A stretch of DNA of 64,000 bases from Escherichia coli (GCA_023061495.1 GCA_023061495.1_3643.1), one strand, 5' to 3'; positions 17,486-27,457 are shown, counted from the first letter of the stretch. A program made the numbers and translations. The notes: generated by a model not told the origin, from the sequence alone.

Positions 17486-17959
17486 ATGGAAACTCAAATT
17501 TTAACTCCTTATGCGTATGACCCTAAAAAGGTCAAACTGTATCTGATGCAGCAGCGTGTCACTGGCTTCGCTGCTGACACCAAGATCGTTGTTTCAAGAA
17601 ACGAAGACAACATCTACCCTCACGTTGGTGTGGATGGTGAAATGTCTGCGGCACTGTCTCGTAACCAATCTGGTGTTATGACTGTATCCTTACAGAACAC
17701 TTCTGTATGGAACGCTTACCTTTCTGACTGGCAGAAACAGGCATCGATTACTGGTCTGGTATTCTTCCCGGTTCTGCTGGAAGGTAGCCAGGGTCCAGGC
17801 ATTGCTACAATCGGTTGGATCCAGAAACAGCCTGACCTGACTTACGGAACCGAAGTAGGTCAACTGGACTGGGATATCGGTATTCTGGATGCATGGCTCA
17901 ACCGTGACAACATCACTGGTGCTCTCACTGGCCTCGCAGGTCTTGCAGGTATTATCTAA
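17486..17959 (+). CDS. tail tube-like protein
   Basis: 157 aa directly after the sheath-like gene, AAGGAAG RBS, followed by a terminator. Confidence 0.45.
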   Translation: METQILTPYAYDPKKVKLYLMQQRVTGFAADTKIVVSRNEDNIYPHVGVDGEMSAALSRNQSGVMTVSLQNTSVWNAYLSDWQKQASITGLVFFPVLLEGSQGPGIATIGWIQKQPDLTYGTEVGQLDWDIGILDAWLNRDNITGALTGLAGLAGII

Positions 17960-17974
17960 GAGCACACTCTAGCA

Positions 17975-18003
17975 TAGGCCTCACCTTTGGGTGGGGCTTT
18001 TTG
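17975..18003 (+). terminator. terminator-like hairpin plus T-run
   Basis: gcctcacc-tttg-ggtggggc followed by TTTTTGCTTTT. Confidence 0.55.
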
Positions 18004-18064
18004 CTTTTAGGGTTTTGACATATTTGTTTGTTTTTAGTATCCTATAATAAAGGAGGAGACAGTC

Positions 18065-19690
18065 ATGGCTAAATTGAGTGCAGAAAGGTTTATCGAAAAA
18101 GCTCGTAGGGTTCACGGAGATAAGTACGACTATTCTCTTATAGAATACAAAACATGCAAAGATAAGATAGAAATAGTCTGCAATACCTGTGGTAACCACT
18201 TCAACCAGACACCGGATAACCATATAAATCTAAAAAGAGGATGCCCTGTTTGTGGAGCTGAGAGATCTGCAAAATCAAGAAAGGGTAAGAAATTCCCCCA
18301 TGAGCGTGGTAACAGGTGCACTACAGAAGAGTGGATCAAGAAGGTACTAAAAAGATATCCTGAAAATGCTGAAAAGTATGATTATAGTCATGTAGTGTAC
18401 AAGACCTCTGGAGATAAGGTTGAGATTCATTGCAAAATGTGCGGAAGAATAATGCACCAGAAACCTAGCAAGCATTTGTCAGGGCAAGGATGCAAGACTT
18501 GCGCAGCAAGATCTGTTTCTGCGAAAAAAGTTCCTAGCTTCCAAGAAATAGTTGAGAGATGTGTAGAAGTACATGGTAGTGATTATGAGTATTTTGAAGA
18601 CTCTTATGTGAACACCTCAACACCTATGATGATGCGCCACAAAGAGTGTGGGAATATCTTCATGCAGCGTCCTGAATTCCATTACGGGAAAGGACAAGGA
18701 TGCCCTCGTTGCTGTCGAAATCAGTCTAATGGTGAGAAAGAGATCCTGACGTTCATTAAAAGTGTGTATAGCGGCGATATTGAAGAGAACGTGCGTATTC
18801 TGGGCAACTTTAAGGATCCTTCCAAGAAAAAGATGGAGCTGGACATTTATGTTCCGGAGCTTAAGCTTGCTGTGGAATATAATGGTGCCTACTGGCACTC
18901 TGTAGACAGTAAGGGGAAATGGTACCACATCCTGAAAAGGAAGGCCTGTGAAAAACAAGGTATTCGCATGTTGTCTATCTGGGATTGTGATTGGCAGGAT
19001 GCTCGGAAAAGACCTATCATTGAGAGATATCTCAAGAATGCTTTAGGAGTCAAAGACGAGAAGACCGTCTATGCCAGAAAGTGCACAGTTAAAGATGTGG
19101 ACAATAAAACTTACCGTGACTTTATGGAGAAAAACCACATTCAAGGGTATGCCCCCGCCAAGGAAGTGAAGAAGGGTCTGTTTACATCTGACGGCGAGCT
19201 GGTAGCTTGTATGAGTTTTAAAATACTGAAAAACAGAGATCAAAAGGTAACCCCTTTCGTTATGTGGGACATGGTAAGGTATGCAACAAGCTGTAACGTT
19301 CCTGGTGGGCGTAGTAAGCTGTTTAAGCATATCCGAGAAGAGTTTAAGATGGATCATGTTCAATCCTTCCTTGACAGAGATTACTTCACAGGCGTGTCCT
19401 ATAAGGAGGAGGATGGCTGGATTTTGGCAGAGGACGATCAGGTGTCTACGAGCTTCTGGAGCTACCGTGGTGGCAGAATGCCAAGGCAGGCGTGGTGGAA
19501 GTCAAACATCCCAGAGACACTGAAGCATCTCGGGTTGGACGAGTCCTTATACGATCCTGAGAAAACACAAGAGTGGAATGCCAAAAATGCAGGCTGCTAT
19601 ATCCTTGAAAACAGTGGCAACTCTCGCTTTGAATGGCACAGTGATGAAGGTAAAAATGATCCTGCATACTTGGATTGGTTGAAAGGTTAA
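18065..19690 (+). CDS. endonuclease-like protein with three tandem Zn-ribbon modules (candidate free-standing homing endonuclease)
   Basis: 541 aa, AAAGGAGGAG RBS; three ~90-aa repeats each ending in a C-x2-C...C-x2-C pair (CNTCGNHF...CPVCG; CKMCGRIM...CKTCA; HKECGNIF...CPRCC); then ELDIYVPELKLAVEYNGAYWHS, resembling PD-(D/E)xK/Vsr-like cores; inserted between tube and chaperone genes. Confidence 0.45.
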   Translation: MAKLSAERFIEKARRVHGDKYDYSLIEYKTCKDKIEIVCNTCGNHFNQTPDNHINLKRGCPVCGAERSAKSRKGKKFPHERGNRCTTEEWIKKVLKRYPENAEKYDYSHVVYKTSGDKVEIHCKMCGRIMHQKPSKHLSGQGCKTCAARSVSAKKVPSFQEIVERCVEVHGSDYEYFEDSYVNTSTPMMMRHKECGNIFMQRPEFHYGKGQGCPRCCRNQSNGEKEILTFIKSVYSGDIEENVRILGNFKDPSKKKMELDIYVPELKLAVEYNGAYWHSVDSKGKWYHILKRKACEKQGIRMLSIWDCDWQDARKRPIIERYLKNALGVKDEKTVYARKCTVKDVDNKTYRDFMEKNHIQGYAPAKEVKKGLFTSDGELVACMSFKILKNRDQKVTPFVMWDMVRYATSCNVPGGRSKLFKHIREEFKMDHVQSFLDRDYFTGVSYKEEDGWILAEDDQVSTSFWSYRGGRMPRQAWWKSNIPETLKHLGLDESLYDPEKTQEWNAKNAGCYILENSGNSRFEWHSDEGKNDPAYLDWLKG

Positions 19691-19691
19691 A

Positions 19692-19720
19692 TTGACAATG
19701 CACTATAATCATGGTAAAAT
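19692..19720 (+). promoter_or_regulatory. sigma70-like promoter (TTGACA-N17-TAAAAT)
   Basis: Read directly, about 45 nt upstream of the chaperone gene. Confidence 0.5.
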
Positions 19721-19763
19721 ACACAAATATGGTGCACAACATGACTAATAAGGATGCTATAAA

Positions 19764-20237
19764 ATGGCTATAAACTTTAGACCTACAACAGAGATTGATT
19801 TAGCAGGGCACAACTTTGTGATCACCCACTGGGGACCGATGAAAGCAATGAAAAACATGCCTAAAATCGGTAAGATTGTAGCTGTCCCGCTAGGTGCTAT
19901 CGGTGGATCTATTCTCTCAGGCGGTCAGAATATGGCAGAGGTCCTTCCTACAGCCCTGGCTTACCTGTTCCAAGAACTTGATGATAACTCTATCGAAGAG
20001 TTATTTAAAATCTTGTTTGAAGATATTACCGTGGATGGTGTGGATAAGCTTAACCCTGATGTTGTGTTTGCAGGGCATCTGCTGGAGATGATTAAGCTGG
20101 CAGGTAAGGTTCTGGAGGTTAACTACGGCTGTTTTTTCACACAAGACGGTTTAGGAAGCCTTCTGGAGATGTTACAGCAGATGGGTATGATTCAGCAGGT
20201 GAACAATCTGGATCAGACTCCGGAAGAGCAGGAATAA
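19764..20237 (+). CDS. tail assembly chaperone (G-like)
   Basis: 157-aa acidic protein immediately upstream of the tape measure gene. Confidence 0.5.
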   Translation: MAINFRPTTEIDLAGHNFVITHWGPMKAMKNMPKIGKIVAVPLGAIGGSILSGGQNMAEVLPTALAYLFQELDDNSIEELFKILFEDITVDGVDKLNPDVVFAGHLLEMIKLAGKVLEVNYGCFFTQDGLGSLLEMLQQMGMIQQVNNLDQTPEEQE

Positions 20238-20248
20238 GCAAGGTTGTT

Positions 20249-20497
20249 GTGAGGGCCAGTGAGTGGGCAGCCAAGAACAGTTCACTCAACTGGTTCGACT
20301 TTCTTTGGTGCAGGGTGCTTAAGAATTTCAAAGGGGAAAATTTTGAATCGCTAAATCTTGCAGATATGGCGTATTTCCTGAAGCTCTGTGAGTATCTTGA
20401 TATCGAAGAATTCCTAGATACCGTCCAAAACAGGGAAATGGAGCGGGAGCAGAAGGCTGCCGCAGCTGCTGCGAAAGCTAAGCGCAGGAGAGGATAA
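20249..20497 (+). CDS. possible -1 frame extension of the chaperone (GT-like) or separate small protein
   Basis: ORF in the -1 frame relative to 19764-20237; that frame is open for at least 80 nt upstream of the chaperone stop; GTG start with weak RBS. Confidence 0.3.
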   Translation: MRASEWAAKNSSLNWFDFLWCRVLKNFKGENFESLNLADMAYFLKLCEYLDIEEFLDTVQNREMEREQKAAAAAAKAKRRRG

Positions 20498-20502
20498 TCT
20501 AA

Positions 20503-20540
20503 GGGCCGGATTCCTTTTCTGGGATCTGGCCCTTTTTATT
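20503..20540 (+). terminator. terminator-like hairpin plus T-run
   Basis: gggccgga...tctggccc stem followed by TTTTTATT. Confidence 0.6.
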
Positions 20541-20551
20541 ATGAGGAAAGC

Positions 20552-22891
20552 ATGGCTACAAACAAAATAGTTGCCACAACAGTCAACAAGATTGGCTTTG
20601 AGATAGAGAACTCCTCCTACAAAAAAGCTGTAGAGAAAATTCGCAGTATTGGGAGGGAGTTCAGGAAACTGGGCGAGGATTTTAACTCAGCCAACCCAAT
20701 GAGTAGATGGCAGGCAGTGGCTGTTAAAACCCAGCAAACAATGCAGCGGGTTGCCAGACAGCAATCTCAGGCAAATGCTAAACTGCACAGGGAGAGCGTA
20801 GCACAAGCCAAGAAAGAGGCTGCAGTAAGGGCTGCAATAGAACGTAGGGAGAACGCAAGACGTAAACAAGCTGTGGGTAATCTTACCGCTAAAAATCCAG
20901 AAATGGCTAGGATGCGTAAGTTCTACCAGCAGCAAGCTAAAGAGGCCAAAAAGGCTGCCAAATCTGCACCAGTGTCTTACGGCGGTTATAAGGCACCCAA
21001 GGCAAGAGTTTTGGCTAATGCCAAATCTTTCAAGTATATCCCTGGTAACCCTAATATGGGTGGTGTGGCTTCCGACCCTAACCTTGTGAAAGCTCAGACA
21101 GCTGCTATGAATCGTTATCATAGACAGCTAAGAAGAGACAGTAAAGCTGGTATGGATAATAAGCTTATGTCTGATCGTGAGGCAAGGAGAACCCACCTAT
21201 ACAACTCTGCGATAAGACTTTCTGCCAAGTATGGGGCCGGATTCCGTGGAAGCTTGCCAGGATACTCAGAGTTAGAGTCTAGGTTTGCTCGCGGTGAGAT
21301 GAAAAAGTCAACCTTTAACGCCCACCTGTCAGCTCTGCAGTCTGGATTTAAAAGCGCCACCAGCCAAACGCTTACACTGGGTGATGCCATGAGAGACTTA
21401 CGTAGGTCTGTTATTAATGCAACAGCTGCGTATACAGCTTTCTCTGGATTTGCTGCGGTTAACAGATCCGGTCACATGATGGAGGGGGCAAGTGCTGCTC
21501 TTACTGCTGTTACTGGAGATCCAAACAAAGCCAACAGCGAGGTTGCGTTTGTCCAGCAAGAGGCTATGCGTCTTGGTTTTGATCTCAAATCTGGTCTTCA
21601 AGGTTACGCCCAGATGTCGGTAAACGCCAAAAACCAGATGACAAATCAGGAAGTGCATGAGCTGTTTTCTGCATACTCACAGTATGCTGCTGCTTACGGT
21701 GCCGATGAGGTAAAATACCAGCGTGGTATTATGGCAATCCAGCAAATGCTCGGTAAAGGGCAAGTAATGTCCGAAGAACTGAAGCAACAACTTGCTGAAG
21801 CATTGCCTGGTGCATACGAACCTTTTATCAAGGCCACCAAAGAGGCTTTTGGTCTTTCTGAACTCTCCATGGATCAGTTCATGGACATGATGAAGAAAGG
21901 CGAGGTTAAAACAGCCAAGATCATGAAGTATGTGGCTAAGTACATGAACGAGGCATCTGCAGCTGGTTATGAAAGAATGCAGAAGTCTAACGTACTGGCA
22001 GAAAACAGACTGAAAACCTTCATTGAACTGTCTCGTCAGAAACTATTCACCCGTTGGGCTGATGAACTAACAGAGTTCTATTATACACTGATTCGCACTG
22101 GTGAGACTTTGCAATTTGTGTGGGATGCCTCTGGTGATTTTGTTAGTGGTTTTGTGAGAGGTCTCAACTGGGTAGTTGGTGAACTAAACAATACCATAGT
22201 CAAGATCCGCATGTTTTTCCTTGAATGGGGGATTAAATGGGGACTCATAACAGCTAAGACGAAGGAATATTCTGAAGAGCTTAATGACACCTTTAGCTAT
22301 GCTAAATGGGCAGGGTTTGCTGCTGCCATTATGCTGGTAGTGAACGCCCTGACAAAAGGTTTTGTCATGGCATCTATGCTTGTAAAAACCTTCAAATTCC
22401 TTAGTTCTATAAGAGGTGCAGCTGGAGCAGCAGGTGCAGGTGCAGCTACCACAGAAGGATCTGGTGGTGGTGCGGCAGGAAAAGGGGGAGGTGGCCTCAA
22501 GACACCTGGTGGTAAAGTTGGCCTGCTTGGTAAGCTTGGTATTATCGGTACAATATTAAGCGCCGTGGAGTTATTTAATGACCGTTTCAACCCACTGAGT
22601 GAGAGAAATCAGCAACTGGATACTGTCAGCGATATGATTCGCAAAGATATCATATCTGGAGGTAACGGGTTTGTTGATCCTTTGGACACCTTACCGGGAG
22701 GGACTCTTCCGTTGCCAGGTGGCCCTGGTTTTGCTTCTCAATTAAGAACTATGGAAATGCTCCCTTTAGAGATTAGTGATGGTAAAATCACGATTTCAAT
22801 AGATGAGGGGGAGTTTAGCAAAATACTTGATGCAAAACTTGAGTGGGAGAACAACAAGGATATTAACTTTATGTCAACAGATCTTTGGTAA
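20552..22891 (+). CDS. tail tape measure protein
   Basis: 779 aa; N-terminal charged coiled-coil region, central tape-measure-like segment (LKQQLAEALPGAYEPFIKATKEAFGL...MKKGEV), hydrophobic segment and Gly-rich stretch (GAAGAAGAGAATTEGSGGGAAGKGGGG). Confidence 0.8.
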   Translation: MATNKIVATTVNKIGFEIENSSYKKAVEKIRSIGREFRKLGEDFNSANPMSRWQAVAVKTQQTMQRVARQQSQANAKLHRESVAQAKKEAAVRAAIERRENARRKQAVGNLTAKNPEMARMRKFYQQQAKEAKKAAKSAPVSYGGYKAPKARVLANAKSFKYIPGNPNMGGVASDPNLVKAQTAAMNRYHRQLRRDSKAGMDNKLMSDREARRTHLYNSAIRLSAKYGAGFRGSLPGYSELESRFARGEMKKSTFNAHLSALQSGFKSATSQTLTLGDAMRDLRRSVINATAAYTAFSGFAAVNRSGHMMEGASAALTAVTGDPNKANSEVAFVQQEAMRLGFDLKSGLQGYAQMSVNAKNQMTNQEVHELFSAYSQYAAAYGADEVKYQRGIMAIQQMLGKGQVMSEELKQQLAEALPGAYEPFIKATKEAFGLSELSMDQFMDMMKKGEVKTAKIMKYVAKYMNEASAAGYERMQKSNVLAENRLKTFIELSRQKLFTRWADELTEFYYTLIRTGETLQFVWDASGDFVSGFVRGLNWVVGELNNTIVKIRMFFLEWGIKWGLITAKTKEYSEELNDTFSYAKWAGFAAAIMLVVNALTKGFVMASMLVKTFKFLSSIRGAAGAAGAGAATTEGSGGGAAGKGGGGLKTPGGKVGLLGKLGIIGTILSAVELFNDRFNPLSERNQQLDTVSDMIRKDIISGGNGFVDPLDTLPGGTLPLPGGPGFASQLRTMEMLPLEISDGKITISIDEGEFSKILDAKLEWENNKDINFMSTDLW

Positions 22892-22903
22892 TAAACAGCA
22901 CAC

Positions 22904-22930
22904 AGGGGGCTCCGGCCCCCTTTATTTTAT
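22904..22930 (+). terminator. rho-independent terminator
   Basis: gggggc-tccg-gccccc stem followed by TTTATTTTAT. Confidence 0.75.
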
Positions 22931-22997
22931 CGGTGTTGTAAAAACGGCTATTTTATGATACAATATTTAGATGGTATCGGAGTGTCCTGGAGAGGTT

Positions 22998-23882
22998 ATG
23001 CCAAGTAATATAGTTGATGAAAAAGACCTGTACAAGCCTCAAGAGGTTAAATCTCCAAAGGCTGAAAAGGCAGAGCAACAAACTGAAAGCGATGTAAAGT
23101 ACACTATGTTTGTCAGCGGTCTTAACCATGGTGGTCGCAATACGGAGATGAAGGGCAAAAACTTTACTAACGATCTTGCAATCATCTTCGATCAGATTGA
23201 GAATTACTCTTTCAAACATTCTGTTGATAAGACTGATTTTGCGGTGGAAGATAAATCTACCCTGTCAGACCACGCTGTAATTAAAGATGGTGTATTTTCT
23301 TTTACTGGTAGGGTAAATACATCACCACATATAATCTATGAGCAAAACTACATTGACAGGAATACTGACTCTAAAAACCCTGCAGCATCTATGCGACCAG
23401 GCGCTGCACTGGAGGCTTTGACTGAGATCATTAATAAGCGCCAGTTGGTTTCTTTGGTTACCGAGGAGAGGCTCCTTGAGAACTACATCATAACCAGTCT
23501 TTCTGCCAACAAGTCTGTTGGTGAAGGTGCTGCGATGGTGTTTGATGTAGAACTTACAGAGTTCCGCACATTCTACTTGAACAAGGTTGTTAATGCAACT
23601 GTATACAGCAACCCTAAGAAAGTAGGCAAGACCCAGCAAAAAGGTGCTGTCAACGATTGTAAGAATGGCAGTAACGTAGGTAACAAGAGGGACACAGGGG
23701 CATTTGCAGACACTGCATCCACAAATGCTGCAGAAGAGTGGCAGCCATACAAATCTATGATGTGGACAGATGAAAACGGTGTTACCCAATCTGCTGCGGA
23801 TTGGTATTACCAGGAATATGGAAGACCTTCTACCATAGTCCCATCTGAGCAGGGAAACTACAACAAAGTTAACGGAAAATAA
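22998..23882 (+). CDS. tail/baseplate protein (distal tail-type position)
   Basis: ATG 22998 with GGAGAGG RBS (track start 22971 trimmed); first gene after the tape measure. Confidence 0.4.
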   Translation: MPSNIVDEKDLYKPQEVKSPKAEKAEQQTESDVKYTMFVSGLNHGGRNTEMKGKNFTNDLAIIFDQIENYSFKHSVDKTDFAVEDKSTLSDHAVIKDGVFSFTGRVNTSPHIIYEQNYIDRNTDSKNPAASMRPGAALEALTEIINKRQLVSLVTEERLLENYIITSLSANKSVGEGAAMVFDVELTEFRTFYLNKVVNATVYSNPKKVGKTQQKGAVNDCKNGSNVGNKRDTGAFADTASTNAAEEWQPYKSMMWTDENGVTQSAADWYYQEYGRPSTIVPSEQGNYNKVNGK

Positions 23883-23894
23883 GGGGAGCGTGTA

Positions 23895-24275
23895 ATGGAG
23901 CTTAAAGATTGGTGCATAATCACCTTTGTGTGGGACATTGACGGCTTTCCTGATCAAACCATGCGTGTTGTTTTAGACAATGAGACGTATGAAATGCGTA
24001 TGCAATGGAATGAGAGGGATGAGTCCTGGTGGCTATCTCTTGGTCCGGTAGGTGACAGCCCTTTAGTAACCAGAAAAGTAACAGCTTGTCAAGATATTCT
24101 AGACGGACTGCATTACAGAGACGATTTACCGAAAGGTAGATTGATGGTGCTGTCGTTTAAAGACGATCAATATTGGGGACGGGTTGGAAGATACAACCTT
24201 GGAGCAAGATCTGAGCTGCAACTTGTATACGGTACCCCAGTTGATCTTTACAAGGAACAGCAAGGGTTAGAATAA
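23895..24275 (+). CDS. small tail/baseplate protein
   Basis: 126-aa ORF stop-start coupled to neighbours. Confidence 0.35.
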   Translation: MELKDWCIITFVWDIDGFPDQTMRVVLDNETYEMRMQWNERDESWWLSLGPVGDSPLVTRKVTACQDILDGLHYRDDLPKGRLMVLSFKDDQYWGRVGRYNLGARSELQLVYGTPVDLYKEQQGLE

Positions 24276-25273
24276 TGGCAGAGTACAGACGTAGAACATG
24301 GCGACTGTTGTTTGGTCGTCCTGTAGAGCATGGCGGTAAATCAAAAACCAATATCCCAAAATCTGTTGAAAAGAAAGGAGAGAGTGATTCCGGAGTTTAT
24401 GAGATTAGCTCGGACACTGGTGCTGCCAATATAGAGTTTGACATACAAAAGGACAATACTAAAGAGCCAAACAAAGGCTATGTGACAGTTTACAACTTGT
24501 CTGACGATACAGTTAACTATCTAGATATGCATCAAGCTGATGCTCTTGCAGTTATGTTTGAGGCTGGCTATGATAATGAGAACCAGTTGATATTCTCCGG
24601 AACTGTAGAGTTTGTTGAGGACAGATGGGAAGGCCCGACCAGAAAAACTAAGTTCATCTTTGGTGATGGCACTGAGAACATCATTAAGTGCCAAAGCACA
24701 AGATCTTATCAGAAAGGTACACCTCTGAACTCTGTGCTTAATGACCTGCTGAAGGATATGAACTTGCCAAAAGGTAGGGTTGTTGGTTTTGGAAACCAGA
24801 CTCTGCAATACTCCATGGCTTTCTCTGGAAACACTGCAGAGAACCTCCGCAGGTTTGCAAGGCTGACAAACTCAACATTCAGCGTTCAGGACGGTGCTTT
24901 ATATTGGACCAAGGTTGGAAAAAGGTTCAAGGACTCTGTGTTTGAAATAAGTGCAGAGTCTGGGATGCACGGATCACCTACCCCTAAAAACCCAGAACCT
25001 GCTAAAAAACGAAAAGCTAAAGCTGCTGCGAAAGGTGGCACAAGTAAGAAAAAGAAAAACCCGAGAGAGGATGTTGGTCTTACTGTAACAACATGCCTTA
25101 ACGGAGCTATCCTCCCAGAGTCCACCATTTATCTTAAAAGTAGGCAATACACAGGCTTCTATAAGGTGATCACGGTGCACCATAAGGGCACCATAGAGGG
25201 CGGTGATTACACTACAGAGCTTGGCCTTGGGGAAACAATAGGTGGAGTTGTTGACAAAACTGAGGAGGTATAA
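24275..25273 (+). CDS. baseplate hub-type protein (by position)
   Basis: 332 aa; lysine-rich internal segment AKKRKAKAAAKGGTSKKKKNPRE; directly precedes the spike-like gene. Confidence 0.35.
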   Translation: MAEYRRRTWRLLFGRPVEHGGKSKTNIPKSVEKKGESDSGVYEISSDTGAANIEFDIQKDNTKEPNKGYVTVYNLSDDTVNYLDMHQADALAVMFEAGYDNENQLIFSGTVEFVEDRWEGPTRKTKFIFGDGTENIIKCQSTRSYQKGTPLNSVLNDLLKDMNLPKGRVVGFGNQTLQYSMAFSGNTAENLRRFARLTNSTFSVQDGALYWTKVGKRFKDSVFEISAESGMHGSPTPKNPEPAKKRKAKAAAKGGTSKKKKNPREDVGLTVTTCLNGAILPESTIYLKSRQYTGFYKVITVHHKGTIEGGDYTTELGLGETIGGVVDKTEEV

Positions 25274-25950
25274 TGGCAATAAATAGGAAAGATGCTGCCG
25301 TAAGATCCTTTATAGAAAAAATAATGAGGGACTACCACACCAGTATCAGGGCTAGAGTTGTCAGCGTAGATTACAGTATCCCTTCCGCAGCCGTGCAGCC
25401 AATAGCTGAAACCACGTTTGATGACGGAGATGTTGAGAGATACCCTCTTATCTATGATGTGCCAATCCAGGTGATGTCTGCAAACAGTGGGAAGGCAAGG
25501 TTAACACTCCCTATTAAGGCTGGAGATGTTGTAGGATTGCAGTTTTCAGAGAGAAATGAAAACAACAACGATGATCAACAAACTCACGGCCTGTTTCCGG
25601 GGTGGGCAATAACCTCTGTTCATTCAGACTCTAACGCTCTGCAGATCGATCCTGATAATGTAGAGTTATGGAATGATAAGGTTTATTTTAAGCTGACACC
25701 TTCTGGTGATTTTGAGCTTCAAACACCTGGTGGGACATTACGGTGCGACAGTAGCGGGGAGTTTTCTTTCACCAACGGAGCTGCCAATTTACGAGCTGCT
25801 GTGGATGGAAATATTAGAATGAATGGTGCCACAATAGACCCATCTGGTAGAATCATAACTGCTGCTGGTGTGGATTTGGACTCATTCTATGCAGAATATA
25901 AAGGTCATACCCACTCTTGCCCTGATGGTGAGACAAGTGGACCGCACTAA
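25273..25950 (+). CDS. baseplate central spike protein (gpV/gp5-like)
   Basis: 225 aa; C-terminal KGHTHSCPDGETSGPH resembles the His-containing apex of gpV-type spikes; position after hub-type gene. Confidence 0.5.
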   Translation: MAINRKDAAVRSFIEKIMRDYHTSIRARVVSVDYSIPSAAVQPIAETTFDDGDVERYPLIYDVPIQVMSANSGKARLTLPIKAGDVVGLQFSERNENNNDDQQTHGLFPGWAITSVHSDSNALQIDPDNVELWNDKVYFKLTPSGDFELQTPGGTLRCDSSGEFSFTNGAANLRAAVDGNIRMNGATIDPSGRIITAAGVDLDSFYAEYKGHTHSCPDGETSGPH

Positions 25951-25962
25951 TAGAGGGCTTGC

Positions 25963-26778
25963 ATGGCTACGCTTTATAGTGATATATTGATGGACCCACA
26001 GACAGGCGATTTGGCGATAGACAAAGGTCTTGAGTTGATAGACTCAAACCAAGTAAGTCTGCGCCAGCGCCTGTGGATGAGGTTTAATACCTGGAAAGGG
26101 AGCTGGTACTTTGACGAGTTGTTTGGCTTCCCTTATATGGACTTTCTCAGTAAGAAGGTCATGAAGACTGTTCTTGATAACAAGATTATGGAAGTGGCAA
26201 GACAAGAGCCGGATGTGCTAAACATCATAAACTTCCAATCTACTATGGATCGAAGATCGAGAACATATCAAGCGTTCTTTGAGGTTGTTACCAAGGAGAA
26301 CGAGATTGTAAGACTTGCTTTCGTAGGTCTTGATCAGTTTACCTATCCACAGCCTGATGCTGGGACAACCTCTCTCTGTGATGATGAAGGTTGGATTAAG
26401 TGGGCTAATAAACTGTACTACCTGATCAACTTTAGATTGCCTAGAACCGGGGATGCCACATGGTGGAACCAGTATGCCGGTCCTGAGATGGAAAACCCGA
26501 TCCCTGTAGGCTCTCTGTTGACTCAGGATAAAGATCTGCTGATGACTGAGGCAGAACAAACCATTAACCGCAATACCTGGACGCTTGCTCCAGATGAGCG
26601 CGAATATTCTGGTGTTATTGCTACATCTAATGATGAGGCTATTGCCAACCAGTCTGACGTNNNNNNNNNNNNNNNNNNNNNNNNNNNNNNNNNNNNNNNN
26701 NNNNNNNNNNNNNNNNNNNNNNNNNNNNNNNNNNNNNNNNNNNNNNNNNNNNNNGGTCGTGCTATTGATGTTAACTAA
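25963..26778 (+). CDS. baseplate component (C-terminal part crosses an N block)
   Basis: N-terminus MATLYSDILMDPQTGDLAIDKGLELIDSNQVSLRQRLWMRF resembles small baseplate wedge proteins; the ORF continues through the N run at 26661-26754, so the C-terminus and frame are uncertain. Confidence 0.4.
   Translation: MATLYSDILMDPQTGDLAIDKGLELIDSNQVSLRQRLWMRFNTWKGSWYFDELFGFPYMDFLSKKVMKTVLDNKIMEVARQEPDVLNIINFQSTMDRRSRTYQAFFEVVTKENEIVRLAFVGLDQFTYPQPDAGTTSLCDDEGWIKWANKLYYLINFRLPRTGDATWWNQYAGPEMENPIPVGSLLTQDKDLLMTEAEQTINRNTWTLAPDEREYSGVIATSNDEAIANQSDXXXXXXXXXXXXXXXXXXXXXXXXXXXXXXXXGRAIDVN
26661..26754. other. block of 94 N (masked or unresolved sequence)
   Basis: Read directly; lies inside ORF 25963-26778. 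Confidence 1.
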
Positions 26779-26787
26779 GGGGAAATC

Positions 26788-27456
26788 ATGGCTGTAGCTT
26801 ATCCTACAATACCAATTCCAGATCTTGAAGATGCAGAAACAGTCCTGAGTGATGACTTCTTGGTTGTCAATCAGACTGATGGGACAAGAAAGGCTAAGAT
26901 TGACGATGTTGTCAACGATCTCAGCATTACTAAAATAGTCTATTTCACAGAGGGCGGCTATCTTAAGAGCAAGAAGGACTTTGCTTATGACCCAGAGACC
27001 AAGCGCTACTACACGTGGAACGGGGATTATCCTAAAATAATCCTCCCAGACTCTACTGTAGATGGTGCTGGGGGTGTGTCTGCAAAAGCCTGGTCTGTTT
27101 TTGGAGAGCTTGCTGCAACTTCTTCTGGTAGAATAGTTGATTACGGGTCTATTGGTGGTCAGCTTGATATGGACCTTGAAGTTGCTGACACTTTTAAAGT
27201 TCGACTAACTTCAAATACCACGATCTCTTTTGAGAATCAAACAGAAGGTCTTGAAGGGGTGGCGAGAACTATAACCGTATGCATTACTCAGACATCTGGC
27301 GGCAACAAAGTCTATTGGCCTGATAATGTTAAATGGGCATACGGAAGAGATCCTATCCTAACATTTACAGCTGGTGCAACAGATATTTTCAAGTTAGAAA
27401 CCTACGACAACGGGTTAACTTGGTACGGGGCACTGATTATCGCAGGAGCTATCTAA
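26788..27456 (+). CDS. receptor-binding-protein anchor-domain protein (paralogous to the N-terminus of the 1478-aa fibre)
   Basis: N-terminal ~110 aa share a pattern with ORF 30091 (DD/DY-LVV-Q-D-TR-KI-DVV ... F-EGG-L ... DFAY ... W-G--P ... AW). Confidence 0.45.
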   Translation: MAVAYPTIPIPDLEDAETVLSDDFLVVNQTDGTRKAKIDDVVNDLSITKIVYFTEGGYLKSKKDFAYDPETKRYYTWNGDYPKIILPDSTVDGAGGVSAKAWSVFGELAATSSGRIVDYGSIGGQLDMDLEVADTFKVRLTSNTTISFENQTEGLEGVARTITVCITQTSGGNKVYWPDNVKWAYGRDPILTFTAGATDIFKLETYDNGLTWYGALIIAGAI

Positions 27457-27457
27457 G

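Noticed and set aside
7252-22590. Antisense and overlapping ORFs inside large structural genes (for example 16108-16932 minus, 20687-21121 minus, 22297-22590 minus)
   Set aside because: They lie wholly inside well-supported genes on the opposite strand or in another frame, lack an RBS, and have biased composition typical of shadow ORFs.
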